DNA of 64,000 nt from assembly GCA_000708835.1 (NCBI GenBank), contig DF237072.1:62001-126000 (forward strand), written 5' to 3'. This DNA is from Klebsormidium nitens. Its lineage: Eukaryota > Plantae > Klebsormidiophyceae. The notes under the pieces are model-generated. The model was given only the letters and a program-made list of their open reading frames with translations. It did no database searches and had not been told where the DNA came from. A program made the position numbers and the translations under genes. Each line of letters opens with the position of its first letter. The stretch's first letter is position 1. Positions 35,301-47,600 of the stretch are shown here, in pieces.

Positions 35301-38300
35301 TGCCCCGAGTAGCAGAACCCAAACAGGCCGACGCTGACGGGCAACGTGCCCCAGCGAATCAGCGGACCTCCCTGGGAGAAGCCAATCCCATCGAACTCGC
35401 CGATCCACGCGACGGCGAAGACAACTAGAATGGCGGCTAGCACGCCCGCGGCTGCAAGGAGATGAGAAGGTTGCTGAGAATGCACTCCAGGATTTTCTTT
35501 TTTAGCAGGTTCCAGGAGTCGGGGTGCGTACTGCAAGTACTCAGGGCACATCTTGTGATTATCGGAGTGGTGTTCAGAGTAACGCGCAGCACGTGTCGTC
35601 TTGAGGAAAAAGATTCATTTTACGAACTAGCTTTGGAGGTCAGAGGAGAGCGGGCGAACCAGTCCTGAGACAGAGACAATCCGCGTGTCTTTGGGCACTT
35701 CAGTGCTCGAACATGGCGCTAAGCAATCTCGAAAGGAAGAGGAGGGGGCAGCACATGCGGTGTTTGTGAGAAAAACAAGTGCTCTGTCCGAAAGCGCTAG
35801 AGTTATGCGGGCGTCGGCGTTAATGCCAATGATCTAAAGAACAAGTGTGCCCCTTGGAACCGCAAACATCCTGACACTGTGATTCAAAAGTCGGATCACA
35901 ATAAAGAGTCAACGATCCGAAGCATAAGGGTAAACGAACCCTTGGCTCTGCGTCAATCGATCTGGCTTGTGGTGCTTATTTTCCACCAGTAAGAACTGAA
36001 CACAAAGAACTGAAGATGAGCCGCAGTCAGAAGTAGAAGACGCGCAGAATGAGCACTCTGCCAACGCAAGACGACGAACAGCTCTTGTGACAAGCGAGAG
36101 GTGAAAGGTTTCTTTCTGCACCTTTTAGGGTTTCGGGGATCGCTCAGGCGATCGACAGAAGGCGTCATGTCTGGCCTCACCCGATATGTACGAGAGTAGG
36201 CTGAGGTTTTTCAGCCACACAGTCGGCAACACTGCCAGTGCCGTGAGCAGCATAAAGAAAGTCTTGCTCTCCAGGGGGGCGCCGAAGACTGTGACAGAAG
36301 CCCCCGGGAAGAGCGACGACAGGTTGTCGCCCTCCAGGATAAGAAACTCCACGCAGCAGGCCTGCTCGGCAAAGGACACGTGGCACTCAGTGATTTGCGA
36401 ATCCAGAAAGGGGGACACAGCTAAAGACAGGAGTAAGCGAGCAGATGCTAAAGGATATTGTTGAGAACTGTCAAGAACTCGAGAAGTGGTGAACCTACGA
36501 CTGCGTTTCAACTTTCGCGTTGAATCCATTTCAACAAACTGAAAGCACGTGTAATGCTTGGCATGTTGGAGGCTGTCAAATGAGGCAAGAGACCACCTTT
36601 GTGCGTGCCTTCTTTCGGGGGACTTCATGCAAGTGAATTCCGAACTTCAAGAGATGCGTCTTTGAACATTCACTTCTACCAGACAGCGGGAAGCTACTTA
36701 CATACACTTCGAAGTAAAACAGCGTCTGCACGAGATAAAAGAGGCGCGTTTGTCCACAGTAGTGGGACAGTTTCAGAGATGCGAACTAGGGACTCACGTA
36801 AAGCTCGATGTATAACACTAGCTGCGGTAGACGGTGGGGTGGCAAGGAGGGGAGACAGACACAGGGGAGAAGCAGTGAGCCAAGGTTGTACGACTTGTCT
36901 GCAGCTGTTGCACGCACAGACTGACGGCGACAGGACCACGGTTGAGATAAGAAGAATAAGGCTTGATAAGTGACTTGCCGTGGCTGTCACGATTGCAAAC
37001 ACTCTAGTTGGCTGGAAGCTGCTTCGACTTTGGCTGGGAGCTATTCCGTGAGCAGTAGATGCACAAAGAGCACCGCTATCCACGTGCATTCATTTGAAAA
37101 CGAATCGACCGCGAGCACTCTTCTTCAATGCCTTCGAAAACAGCCCCTCTCACAACGTAACACCAAAGGACGAGCAATACAACAAGCACAAACAGGCACG
37201 CACCAACGGAGCCTGAACATGTATCTAGACTGGCGATGCGAAAAAAAATTCAAGGTTGTGCCTATGCGAGTCATGCTGATACCGAACAGAGGCAACTGAA
37301 TAGAGTTTTAGTTATGCAATGTTCGTGCCCAAAGTTTCGCTTCTTCAGACAATCCGATGATTCTTTTGGTAACCACAAAAGCAGATTTTAGTCGAACGTT
37401 TCCCGCAGCCAACATGCTTGCTCCTCCAATCCCGCGAAAGCCGCCTGATGTACATCGACCCTCGATCAACTGCTCCAAAGAAGGGAGGAAAAGCAAAGGC
37501 AAATGCTTACCGAGATAAGAATCCGGCCCGTCAGGCCAAAGGCGGCTTCCCCGATATCTGGATACGTCTGTACATGGGGGGACGACTGGAGGCAGCGTAT
37601 GAGAAGAACGCCAGTGTAGCAGCAACAGACGGCTAAAAGGAGCAGAACCCCGAGACTGAGCCAGCCCCCCTGAAGGAGACCGTAGGGGGTGGAGAGAATA
37701 CCGACGCCTGCTAGAACGTTCATGCCTGCGGGAAGAGTTAGAGCAGTTTAAGAAAGAGAAAAGAGAAGGCAGGAGAGTGGAAATGTGGGCGCAGATTACG
37801 GCTGGAAGGAGAAAAACGCCGGAACTGAGCCAGCCCCCTTGAAGGAGACCGTAGGGGGTGGACAGAATGCTGACGCCTGCTACAACGTTCATGCCTGTAG
37901 GAAAAGTTGGAAACGGTTTATCTCTAGGGAAAGAAATGTCTGCAGACCGGAAAAGGATCAAATTTCTGGATTTTGGGGAGAGTAGGAGGCCCGACTATGA
38001 CTTGTAGGGCCAGGGCAGGGCAAAAAGGAGCGAGATTTCGAAGGTCAGCAAGTTCGTCCATAGAGGTAAGGCCTCAAAGCACACCAGAGCGCTGCTAGGA
38101 CGTTAACGTGTAACACAAATCAAAACGGGATGGAAAGAAAAAAGCTTTCTTCCTTTCGGACCCAAGCTTTGCAGACCGATAGCGCAGGACGTCGAACTTG
38201 GCAATATTCATGAAAATGAAAGACAGGTGGTGTTTACATTACACCGTGGCCTTTACTCGAGCTTACTCCTCGTGAAATCCTGAGACCCTGGCCGATTTCC

Positions 38301-40344
38301 CAGACTGGAAACTAAAAGTTCTCCTAATCTGATCCCCATTGACCTGGGCAGTTAGAAATCGACGAACCCCAGAAAGGTCCCACAACTAATTAGCGCCTGC
38401 ATGGCCGTGCACGAACTTGATCTTTGGTTTGGCCGTTCTTCTTTGAAAACCCAAACAACGAACAACACTATGGTGAGTAGATTCTTAAAATCTTCAAGCA
38501 CACAGATTTGAACTTCCAAGAAACTACGTCCGAGTATGGGCTAGCCCGAGGCCTTGCTACAAGTTTTGACTGGACATTCTCCTCCCAGGTCATAAGAAGC
38601 TCACCATTGAAGAGCGCCTGAGTAAAGGTGCTGTTCCCAAGATTCATCTCGTCCGGGTCGAAGTATCTACTGTCTGGCGGCAGCGACCGCGCCGACGGCA
38701 GCCGGTCGTACGACTTTATCGGGAGAGGGGGTAGCGGCACCTGTGCGTCAGATTCTATCCTGCTAGGCGGTTTCTCTGGAAGGAGTGGGCTGGCTGCGCG
38801 CTCTAGTGCGGACTCCGGCTCGGAAGTTGTGTGGTCGAGTTGCTGGGAGTTTGTGGAGTTCCAGCGTGCGTAGAAAGGGGAAAGAGGGGTGTTGGCACCG
38901 GACTGGTGCGGGCTGAAGAGGGCGGAGCGGTAGGACTGGCCGGTGTAGGCGTCCATCGATGCTCTGCAGACAAGATATCAGCCATCTTTCTTATTGGTCC
39001 TTCCTCGTTTAGTTGTTTATCTTCTATATTCATTGCTGATTTCGTTCTATTCCATATCTTGCACGGCTGAAGAGGGCGAAGCGGTAGGACCGGCCGGTGT
39101 ATGCGATGAAGGATTACATCAACCGTCTTCTTCTTTGTCCTTTCTTCTGATTTGGACCTCTAGTTTTCTCTACGTATTTTCAGAGTTCCTCTGACTAATT
39201 GTTTTCTGGTAATCAGAGGTGCAAAAGTCTGCTCGGATGTTGGTCGCTCGGCTGATTGTCGCTTCCACTACTTGAATAAAGACTTGTAAACAATCTAACC
39301 ACAGAGTGCCGGCGAGTTCACTGGAACACATTCAGGCTGATTTGGTGGCGTGTTTGCCAGTGAAGAAAGAGGCCATTGGCGGCATTTCAGATCCACAGGA
39401 GAGAAGGAAGATAAGCACAGTGCTTGCTTTCCGCGTATGGCGGAATGGGAGCCGACAAACAAAACTCTTGGAAGAAACTTGCTCGTCTACACTGTCACTC
39501 AGGCCAAGAACAATAAAACGCCTGCATCCTCTGCGTACAACAGTCTCAGTCTTTGCAAGGGAATCTAATCGCCACCCTCCCATGCTGGCGAGATAAAGCA
39601 GCATCAGAACAGCAGGACCACAACATCTGTACCTCTACTAGCTCAACCAGTCAACATACCCGTTCTGCTTTTCATACCGCACATCGCTCGCCGGAAAGTT
39701 CACCACTCTCAAAAGTCCAATTATCTGAACCAGAGCCAAAGCTGGTGGCAAATTTGATCCAGACTCAAAAGTGGCGGTCATCCAGGCTTTTTCATGGTCT
39801 AAATCTAGCAAGTGCACCGCAACTTTGCGCGGAGCTTGATGAGCACTTATTCACCAGTATCTTGCGGTTGATTTCGAAGCAGATGAAGAGCAGAGCGATG
39901 CCAAGGGCTTATACTCTTGGAAAAGGCCGTTCACCAGTCAATGATCAGGAGGTTCTTTCAAGCAAGCAGGAGATTAAAGCACTGAAATCTGAAGGGGGTT
40001 TGCTGGAAGTCCAGCACCATTGACCGATCGATGCATCAAAATTGCCATTCAGCAAACCACTGATCAATCAGGAGGTTAAGCACCCCTTTAGATCAAGAAC
40101 AAAAGCCACAACAGCAAATCCGCGGAAATTCTCACCTGTAGCTTTGGGGCCAATGGTGCCCCACGGGTGTCTCCGGCCTCCCCTTCGGTGAATTGCTCGG
40201 GGAAGACAGCGGAGTAGTCTCAGCATCTGGATCATCATCCTCTACTGGACGCACCTCTTCATCGTCGTCCTGCTCAAAGTAAAACTCATGCTGGCGGGAC
40301 GAGTTTGGCCCGCCCTTCCCTGAGGGGATCGTCATGCCGACCAT
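32354..40344 (-). CDS. AVT1: AVT1-type vacuolar amino acid transporter (Aa_trans/AAAP family)
   Basis: Exons at 40136-40344, 38605-38963, 37511-37725, 36702-36725 (24-nt microexon), 36181-36361, 35232-35451, 33975-34110, 33053-33224 and 32354-32595. Motifs: [119 protein letters not shown]. The ATG at 40344 is the most plausible start. Confidence 0.93.
33275..33320 (-). repeat. Decayed copy of the AVT1 exon 8 acceptor and 5' end (source 33188-33236)
   Basis: TCATCGTCAGAGCG occurs at 33188 and 33275 with continuing partial similarity. The acceptor is lost. Confidence 0.75.
33714..33751 (+). repeat. 20-bp-period tandem duplication in an AVT1 intron
   Basis: ACCGCTAGCTAGAGGGAA occurs twice, 20 bp apart. 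Confidence 0.9.
34404..35160 (-). repeat. Three decayed copies of the AVT1 exon 6 3' end and donor
   Basis: Copies at about 35075-35160 (donor mutated), 34733-34850 (about 35 in-frame codons [30 protein letters not shown] with intact GTGAGT) and 34404-34490 (donor GTAAGT). Anchor GGT(C/T)AGCAGGA lies at 35237 (source), 35087, 34745 and 34416. Confidence 0.93.
36702..36725 (-). CDS. AVT1: 24-nt microexon of AVT1 (TLFYFEVY), absent from the ORF track
   Basis: Minus strand reads ttttatctcgtgcag|ACG CTG TTT TAC TTC GAA GTG TAT|gtaagt. It supplies the missing segment between GRILIS and ACCVE, which is ILLYLELY-like in plant AVT1. Confidence 0.88.
37795..37905 (-). repeat. Upstream copy of the AVT1 exon 3 acceptor and 5' end with intact AG
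   Basis: ttttcctacag|GC ATG AAC GTT GTA GCA GGC... encodes [24 protein letters not shown]. It is offset 169 bp from the real exon at 37725. Confidence 0.95.
39062..39180 (-). repeat. Decayed copy of the AVT1 exon 2 acceptor and 5' end (source about 38908-39030)
   Basis: GGCTGAAGAGGGCG(G/A)AGCGGTAGGAC(T/C)GGCCGGTGTA occurs at 38911 and 39065. The acceptor is lost in the copy. Confidence 0.88.
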
Positions 40345-40859
40345 TGTACCAGAATAGGGACTCTGTTGGACCAAAAGCTGGTGCTATCGCTGTTGCGATG
40401 CCGAATCTACAAGCAAACAAGCTGCCACTCAAAGATATGAGGAGCGTTTGATGTGCATCATGTCGATATTCCACCACCTTCAACAACTTTGGGAGGCGGA
40501 TACCGTACCCACAGCAACAGAATTTGTTGCCACGACCTGGCTGACTTCTGACAATCTGAAAAATACTTCAAAGGTGAGCCCACAGGTCTTGATCACAGAT
40601 AGCGATGGCAACAAAAACGTGCGCCTTCTGCCAGAATCCAAGCCTTAAACTTAACTTTGAGAATCTTCCTGAATCCTGTGCTGGGAATCGGATAAGAGTC
40701 TCATCACTTCCCGCTCGCCGTTCCGGTTGGCTTCCGGCGGACTCGAATGGCTTCCTTTGACAAGCATGACTCACACAACCCATACCGCAAGTTGACGTTC
40801 CGGCGGACTCCCCTCAAATTGGGATTCCAGAATTTAGGGGCACGCCGCACACAATTCCA

Positions 40860-41340
40860 AATTTCCATCCCATTCCATTCATAGGGATAAACTTTAATTG
40901 TAATAAGGAACTTACGGTAGACGAGTACGGGTGGGGTTAGTTTGGTGGTTAGGGTGGGTTCGGGTGCGGAGCGAGTCATTTTGTCCTTAGGGTTTTAGTG
41001 TTGGTTAAGTCGGAAATCCAGTACTTTCATTACCTTAAGATCCTTATTACTATTAAGTTTATGGTGTAGTCCAACGTGATGATTCCGAAACGAATTTATT
41101 ATGAATTATTTCCAACAATCCAACAAAGTGGAATTAATAATGCTGATTCCGACAAGAATCCGAATGCCCTATGGTTTCACTTAAAAGGGGAGTTTTTGGC
41201 TGTTTTTGGCAGTTTTACGCCTTCCGAGGACCATTTCAAGATTATTTTACCTTTCCAAAATTTTACTTTCCGAATCAGAAATCCGAATTTCTGACTTTCC
41301 GAACGCAAGTAATTATTCATTTATTCGGAATCATCACGTT
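40860..41340. promoter_or_regulatory. AT-rich, probably bidirectional promoter between the divergent AVT1 and ARP3 genes, with a telo-box
   Basis: The most AT-rich stretch of the window by eye. TAGGGTTT (AAACCCTA on -) lies at 40988-40995, and about nine TCCGA/TCGGA words lie between 41009 and 41330. Confidence 0.6.
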
Positions 41341-41676
41341 GGACTACGGGTATCCCCATTCTCCTCATTTTTGATCTCTCAAGCATGCCTGCTGCGAGCT
41401 TAGAGAGAAAGGAAGCTGTTGACAAAATTGTTGCACCTCCCCACATCCGCAGTACTTTTCTGGAAGGCGCAGTATCAGCCATTTCTCTGGCCGCCTACGT
41501 AGGCCCTTTTGCGCATGAGGCCTTGAGCTGCGGTGATTGGGCAGACCTGTCTTCCTAGCTCCTTGTCAAGTTCTGCTGCATTTGAAGAACCACCGGGTTC
41601 CAGTGCTGACGATATGGTACTAAGTTGATCAGCAAATGCGATTCTAGGATCTAAGAGTGCAGTAGCACCACCAGCT

Positions 41677-44600
41677 ATGGAGGCCAGGAACCGACCAGCG
41701 GTGGTTATTGACAATGGAACAGGGTAAGTCTTATGTGTTTTTCACAGAGTTGTGCAAGTGCGGCTGGCAAGACATTCTGCCTATTTGTGGTGGTAGGTGT
41801 TGGTCTGGTGTTTTGTGCTTTTTAAACAGGCTCGCATGGATGTTTAAGTTATTTTGTTGGAGTTGGCAGTATAACCCCCTACTTCTCTTGGCTGATCATG
41901 CCAAGTCAATTTACCGGGTCCTGAGTAGATAGCAATCTAGATTAGGCAGGAAAGTAGCCAAAAGTAATCGGTTGTTTCCCGCCCTTGAGTGTGCGAATCG
42001 CAACTTGGAGGGGGGCCTGATGTAGTTTTGGAACAGCTAGGGACTGATCGTATGTCACCAGGAGCAGTTGCAGATTCAATTGTTCAGAGCACTACCTAAC
42101 TCGAATTGACCCACTTTGTATGTGCAATCACAGCGTGCGTGCAGTAGGAAGGTTTGAGTCCTTAATAAATAACGAGGGGGATATTTTTAGTACTGTCTTC
42201 GCAGTCTTGAGGACTCCGCTGGCAACTGTTTCCTTCTAGAGGCCTGCAGACGACAAGCCCTCCTACAGCTGAGGGCTGGGTCTTTTGATGTTGGTGGTGC
42301 TAAGCAAGGGGGACAGGTATATGGGGCACTTTACTGAAGCAGAGTCAAAAGCTGACTACAATCTGCTCTGATCACTGGCTATCTACATGGCACATGTTTA
42401 CGATGTCTTGTTGCAGGTTTCTTATTTCGATCATGGTTTCGATTGTGGATCGGTGCAGGCTACATATTGACTTTGTACATGTTGAGTGTGACACGTTATT
42501 GTTTGCCACTTATTTTGTTGCACTTTGGCACAGGTACACAAAGATGGGGTTCGCAGGCAACGTGGAGCCGGCCTTTATAATTCCAACAGTTGTGGCCACT
42601 AATGAGACATACGTTAAGTCGGGGGGAAGTGTGACGTCAGCGCAGCACAGCGCTGGCGTCATGGCGGATCTGGACTTCTACATCGGTGATGAGGCAACGC
42701 CCCGAGCGAGCTCGTATAACATAAACTACCCCATCAGGCATGGGCAGGTGAGGAACCTTTTCCACAGATCCTAGAACAGCTGAAAGTTTCAACGGCCGGG
42801 TGAATGCCTTTTGTTGATGGAAGGCATGGGAATCTTGTCCATGTTCCATTGAAGGTGCACTTCTGGTTATTTTCTTCTCTGACTTGACCCTTGGGGCGTT
42901 GCTTCTTCTTTGAGCAGGACAAGGCACTGAATCGAATAAATAGAGGAGCGAGATATTGGGCGAAAAGGTATCTCAAAAGCTTATGGATCGTTGGAGTAAC
43001 CGCTTCTCAAAAGAGTTGGACCCCAAGAGTTGCTTTTACACAAAGTGCAGAAGTGTTGTTTTCCGAAGCCCACCTTCTACGCGGGGACTAATGCTATTGT
43101 GAGAGAGTTTTCGATCCGCCGCGGAAAGATCAACGATCTTCGTCGACATCAACGATATCGCACTTGATGCATTTCACTTTGCAGCATTCTGTCATCATTT
43201 GACGGAGCTAAGAAGGCTGTTCCTTCATGTGTCTGCAAATGACGTCAGCATGACAGCAGTGCAGAATGATAGGCCGCTGTTATTACCTTTCCAGGTAGAC
43301 AACTGGGACTCCATGGAGCGCTTCTGGCAGCAGTGCATCTTCAACTACCTGCGCTGCGACCCGGAAGACCACTTCTTCTTACTGACCGAAAGCCCGCTTA
43401 CCCCCCCCGAAAACCGAGAATACATGGCCGAGATCATGTTCGAAACGTTCAACGTGCCGGGACTGTACATAGCAGTGCAAGCAGTGCTGGCGCTAGCGGC
43501 CAGCGACACGAGCGGAAAGGTGACATTCTTTCTTCGTTCCTTTTGGCATCGTCAGCAGGAGAGATTGCGGGACGTTAAAAGCGAGCGGCATCCTGAGAAT
43601 TTCCGAAAGCACTGAGGTTACAATGTTTGGAAATGGCGTGTGCGAGGCGACTTGAAGGCGGAAGGACAATGTTGAGAGGACCGATGATGTTGGTGGCGTG
43701 CGATTTCAACAAGTTTCATTTCATACTTCAATTCAGCGAAGCTGTCCTTAGCCGATAACATGTTGGAGACGTTCAGATTGCCAAGGCTGTTCAAAGTAGT
43801 CCAGGTGTTGTACTCTGACGCTTGATCAGACCATAGGAAGATTCTGTTTTCGGGCGGAAGACAAGGTCAGGCTTCGTCAGGCCGTACTTAACTCTCAAAG
43901 CGGCAGGCCCAGTCGTGAACCAGTGATCCTGTGACACGTGTTTCGTCTGTTCGAAGTCTGTCTGGGGACGCTATGGGAGATGCGTCGACCATGTAACTCT
44001 CTCTCGCAGAGCCACTTTATCAACCCGGCCGCCGATCTCCGAACGGGAAGGATCAACCACCCACTTAAAAGCCGCTCCACCATCTTGAAAGTCACGCAGA
44101 TCCATATACCTAGTTCTCTATGTGTCTTCAGGCACCGCTTCCCGTCATCTTGCTGAACTGCCAGCTCAACTAACCAGCTTTCCTGTCTGCTCCGTTTCAG
44201 ATGGAGCTAACGGGTACGGTCATCGACAGCGGCGATGGCGTCACCCACGTGGTTCCGGTGGTGGATGGGTACGTCATCGGCAGCAGCATCAAGTCAATAC
44301 CAATTGCCGGAAGGTGGGCATCCCTGGTGCCCGTATCATTGATTCATACGTATCCCCAAGGTTGAACCTTCTCGTTGCTCAATTCTGACCGTGAGTCGGA
44401 AATCACATGCTTGCAAAACGCTTTCCAGGTCCGGTTATGGGACCCCTTTAACATTCCGCCGTTCTGTATTGTTGGCTCTGTTCCATCTTCCAACCTGCAG
44501 ACGCCACGTGCCTCTACCTGAGCAAAGTCTTCCGAATCCTTGGAATGCTCTCGAAGAGAGACTGTGACTCTCCTGATGCTCTAGTTTTTCTCTCTCCCAA

Positions 44601-47600
44601 AAGTTTGTGAATAGTATGTTGACTGTGTGACACCGACACTTCCCGCTGCTTTGTCTTTCTTACAGTTCAGCACCGAGTGTTTGGCATACGACATCAATGA
44701 AACACTTTTCGCTCCTCCTTTCCAGAGACCTGACGAACTTCGTACAACAACTGATGCGCGATCGAGGGGAGCCAGTTCCGCCGGAGGACTCTTTGGACGC
44801 AGCTCGACGAATAAAAGAACTGTACTCGTACACGTGTGCAGACATCGTGAAGGTACGGCCAGCCAATCAATGCTATAATGGGGCCTGCGGACCAGATAGC
44901 GAAAGTGATGCTTGGAAGACTTTGTCTTTTCGCAATTGAAGAGTCTTGAGAACAGCTCTGCCGAAGCTTTTCTCAGCAATTATCGTAAGGATCTAGGACA
45001 AACGATTAGTGCACTGTCGTAAGGTGGGCTCATCTTCAGGACCAAATTGCTGGAATCGGTATTCAAGTCACCTGGCTCGACGAGAGGTCCCTCGGTTTGA
45101 CGCGATGCACGCGAGCAAGAAATGAAAGGAGCTTCGACATCCTCGTGCTCAGACCCTCCTAATGAGGTACATTCTCAATCGACGATCTGATCAGGCCATT
45201 GCTGACAGTATGACCTTTGTTTGCATTCGAGACAACCCAGAATAAATTGACCCTCTTTCCGTATCCTCTGTTGCAAACCGCTGCATGCTGTCGCTCTTCC
45301 GCCTATGCAGGAACACACCAAGCCCGCGCAAAAGCTCTACAACTTTATCAAACGTTTCAACCCGTCTTGACCACGGGAAGCACGCCACCCTTTTCTCCTC
45401 GCGGGCTGTTGCCAACGATCGTATCCAAGCCACTGCTGACGTGTCAATATTGCAGGAGTACGTGAAACACGACAAGGAGCCTTCCAAGTATATAAAGCAA
45501 TGGACGGGGCTCAACAGCCGGACGCGGCAGCCGTACTCTGTGGACGTGGGCTACGAGCGGTTCCTGGCTCCCGAGGTCGGTTTTTCGCTGAATTTCTGAC
45601 GTCACCCGTGTCTCAAACCTTATTTCGCTCGAGTCTTATAAGTTGCTCTCTTCTGAACACCCGGTATGTGTCCGAGGCCGCCTGGCTCCCGAGGTTTGTT
45701 TCGCCTCTGGTTTTTTCACTCCGACTCAGAGATTGGACGTCACCTGTGTCCCGAGACATATTTGGTCCGAGTGTTCATGACTTGCTCTCTTCTGAACACC
45801 CCAAATATGTGTGACGTCGCCTGGCTCTCAAGGTTTGTTTTCGCTTCTGGTTTCATCGACCTGCTCTCGTCTGAACACCCCAGTTTGTGCGACGTTGCCT
45901 GGTTTCCGAGGTCCTCTTTCTTCTGGGCTTTACTGTGGATCCGGGATATATCTAAAGGCACCTAGCTCCCCTCGTAAAGTAGTGCACCGCAATTCACTCC
46001 AGGCCCGGCGTGTGCAACGACCGATTTTTTCTGACATGGAACAGTGGAACGAGGCTTGAGTCGCTTCTTTGTCGTTTTGAACTGGTTTTTACTTCGAACC
46101 TGATATCTTCCTGACGTCACCAAGATGCCAGAGAATGGTTTGGCCTTTGGTTCTCTTACCCTTCTTATACCCGCAACTCCAACCACTTCTTTTGTCATCT
46201 GGCTCCCCGGATTGTCTCGCTTCTGGTTTACTTGACCTGCTTTTGTCTTGGAACCCTCTTTGTCTTGACGTCATCTGGCTTCCGGGCTATAATTTGCTCT
46301 CTGATCTTATGGACATAAAGCTCGAAAAGAACTGCAGTCGGTGGTGTGGTGTTCAATTCTGCGTCACTGCATCTACCGCACATATGTGGACTCTTGTCAG
46401 CGAGAAGGCGATGATGTGACCCGTTGACGACGATTCGTGCCAGGAAATGCTTGTACGCTTGACGCCTTGCGATTGAGCACGTATCTGCCTACTTTCAAAA
46501 CCTATAAGTAGTTCATCCTGACTCGAGATTCTGACATTCTCCATGATCCACATTGGAACACGCATGGGGAACGTAAGGCTTCTCAAGTCGTGTGACAAGG
46601 TGTGTGATGGAAGAGTATGTAAAGCTCTCGTCCCGCGGCGCATTGGCTTTGCGGATCAAGCCAGACATTTTTCAGATCTGACTTCTAAACCGTATGCATT
46701 TGAGATTTTGAGTTCTCCGTTTCGCTTGAAGCAAGTGTCCCATCGTCGAGGACGTGCAACACGCGAGCCCGTTTACAAGGTTGTGAACCGGTTCCCTTCG
46801 GAATGTTCTCTGGGTCGTCAGTCCCGTATGGAAGGGACAATCCTGATTAGAAGCCCTCTCTATCTAACCGTCCGCTTGTGTCTGACTTAGGTGGTCAATC
46901 GATCAGTCGCTCAATTGAGCAAACGCTCAATCAGTGTCCTCGGTCTGCCCCCACAAGTATTGAGGCGGCGATGTAATCCATCGATGCTTTCTTGCTTGAA
47001 ACCACGACGTAAGTGCTTGGACACGTCTTGGCATGTAGGTTATACTTCACTATCAGCGTCCAAGACTTCAATACCCCGAGGTCGCTCGTGACTTGTTTTC
47101 TGCAAACTCGTTCTGAGTTGTTGATGTCAAGGATGTTTGGAGCTCTTCGCGGGCAGTGCGCTTGTAAGGACATTCGGAAAGTCCTGTACGAACACCTCAG
47201 TGTGGCAAGGACGACAGTAAGCTCTGGCAGTGTGGTGCCAGTCTCCATTGCCAGGATCTGTATGCCTCGATGTGCGTTAGGGTGTCACATCAGCAAGTTG
47301 TGGAGTCCGGCAATCTTGCTCAAAAACCCCTGTTAAAGGGTACGATTCTGCTTACCTTGCTGATGCCGCACACTTCTTTCGGCTCAGTATTTGCAAGTTC
47401 TTGAAACGACTGATCACCCCTTTTTTGCGCATTTCTTAAAAAGCCCAGCGAGGGTCTTTTGCACCAATTCGGAAGGCATCTGCCTTATCCCCAAATGCTT
47501 TGTCCTCGTCCAGCTATTCATGTTTTTCTATTGAATGCTAGTTTCTTTGGTCGCACTTTCCTCACTTTCCTCATCCCGTCATATCAGATTCATCTTCATT

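Noticed and set aside
36124-36133. TTTAGGGTTT plant telomere-like word in an AVT1 intron
   Set aside because: A single unit, compatible with chance; not an interstitial telomeric array.
41475-41714. 79-aa minus-strand ORF overlapping the ARP3 start
   Set aside because: Antisense to ARP3 exon 1 and its 5' UTR, with no supporting features.
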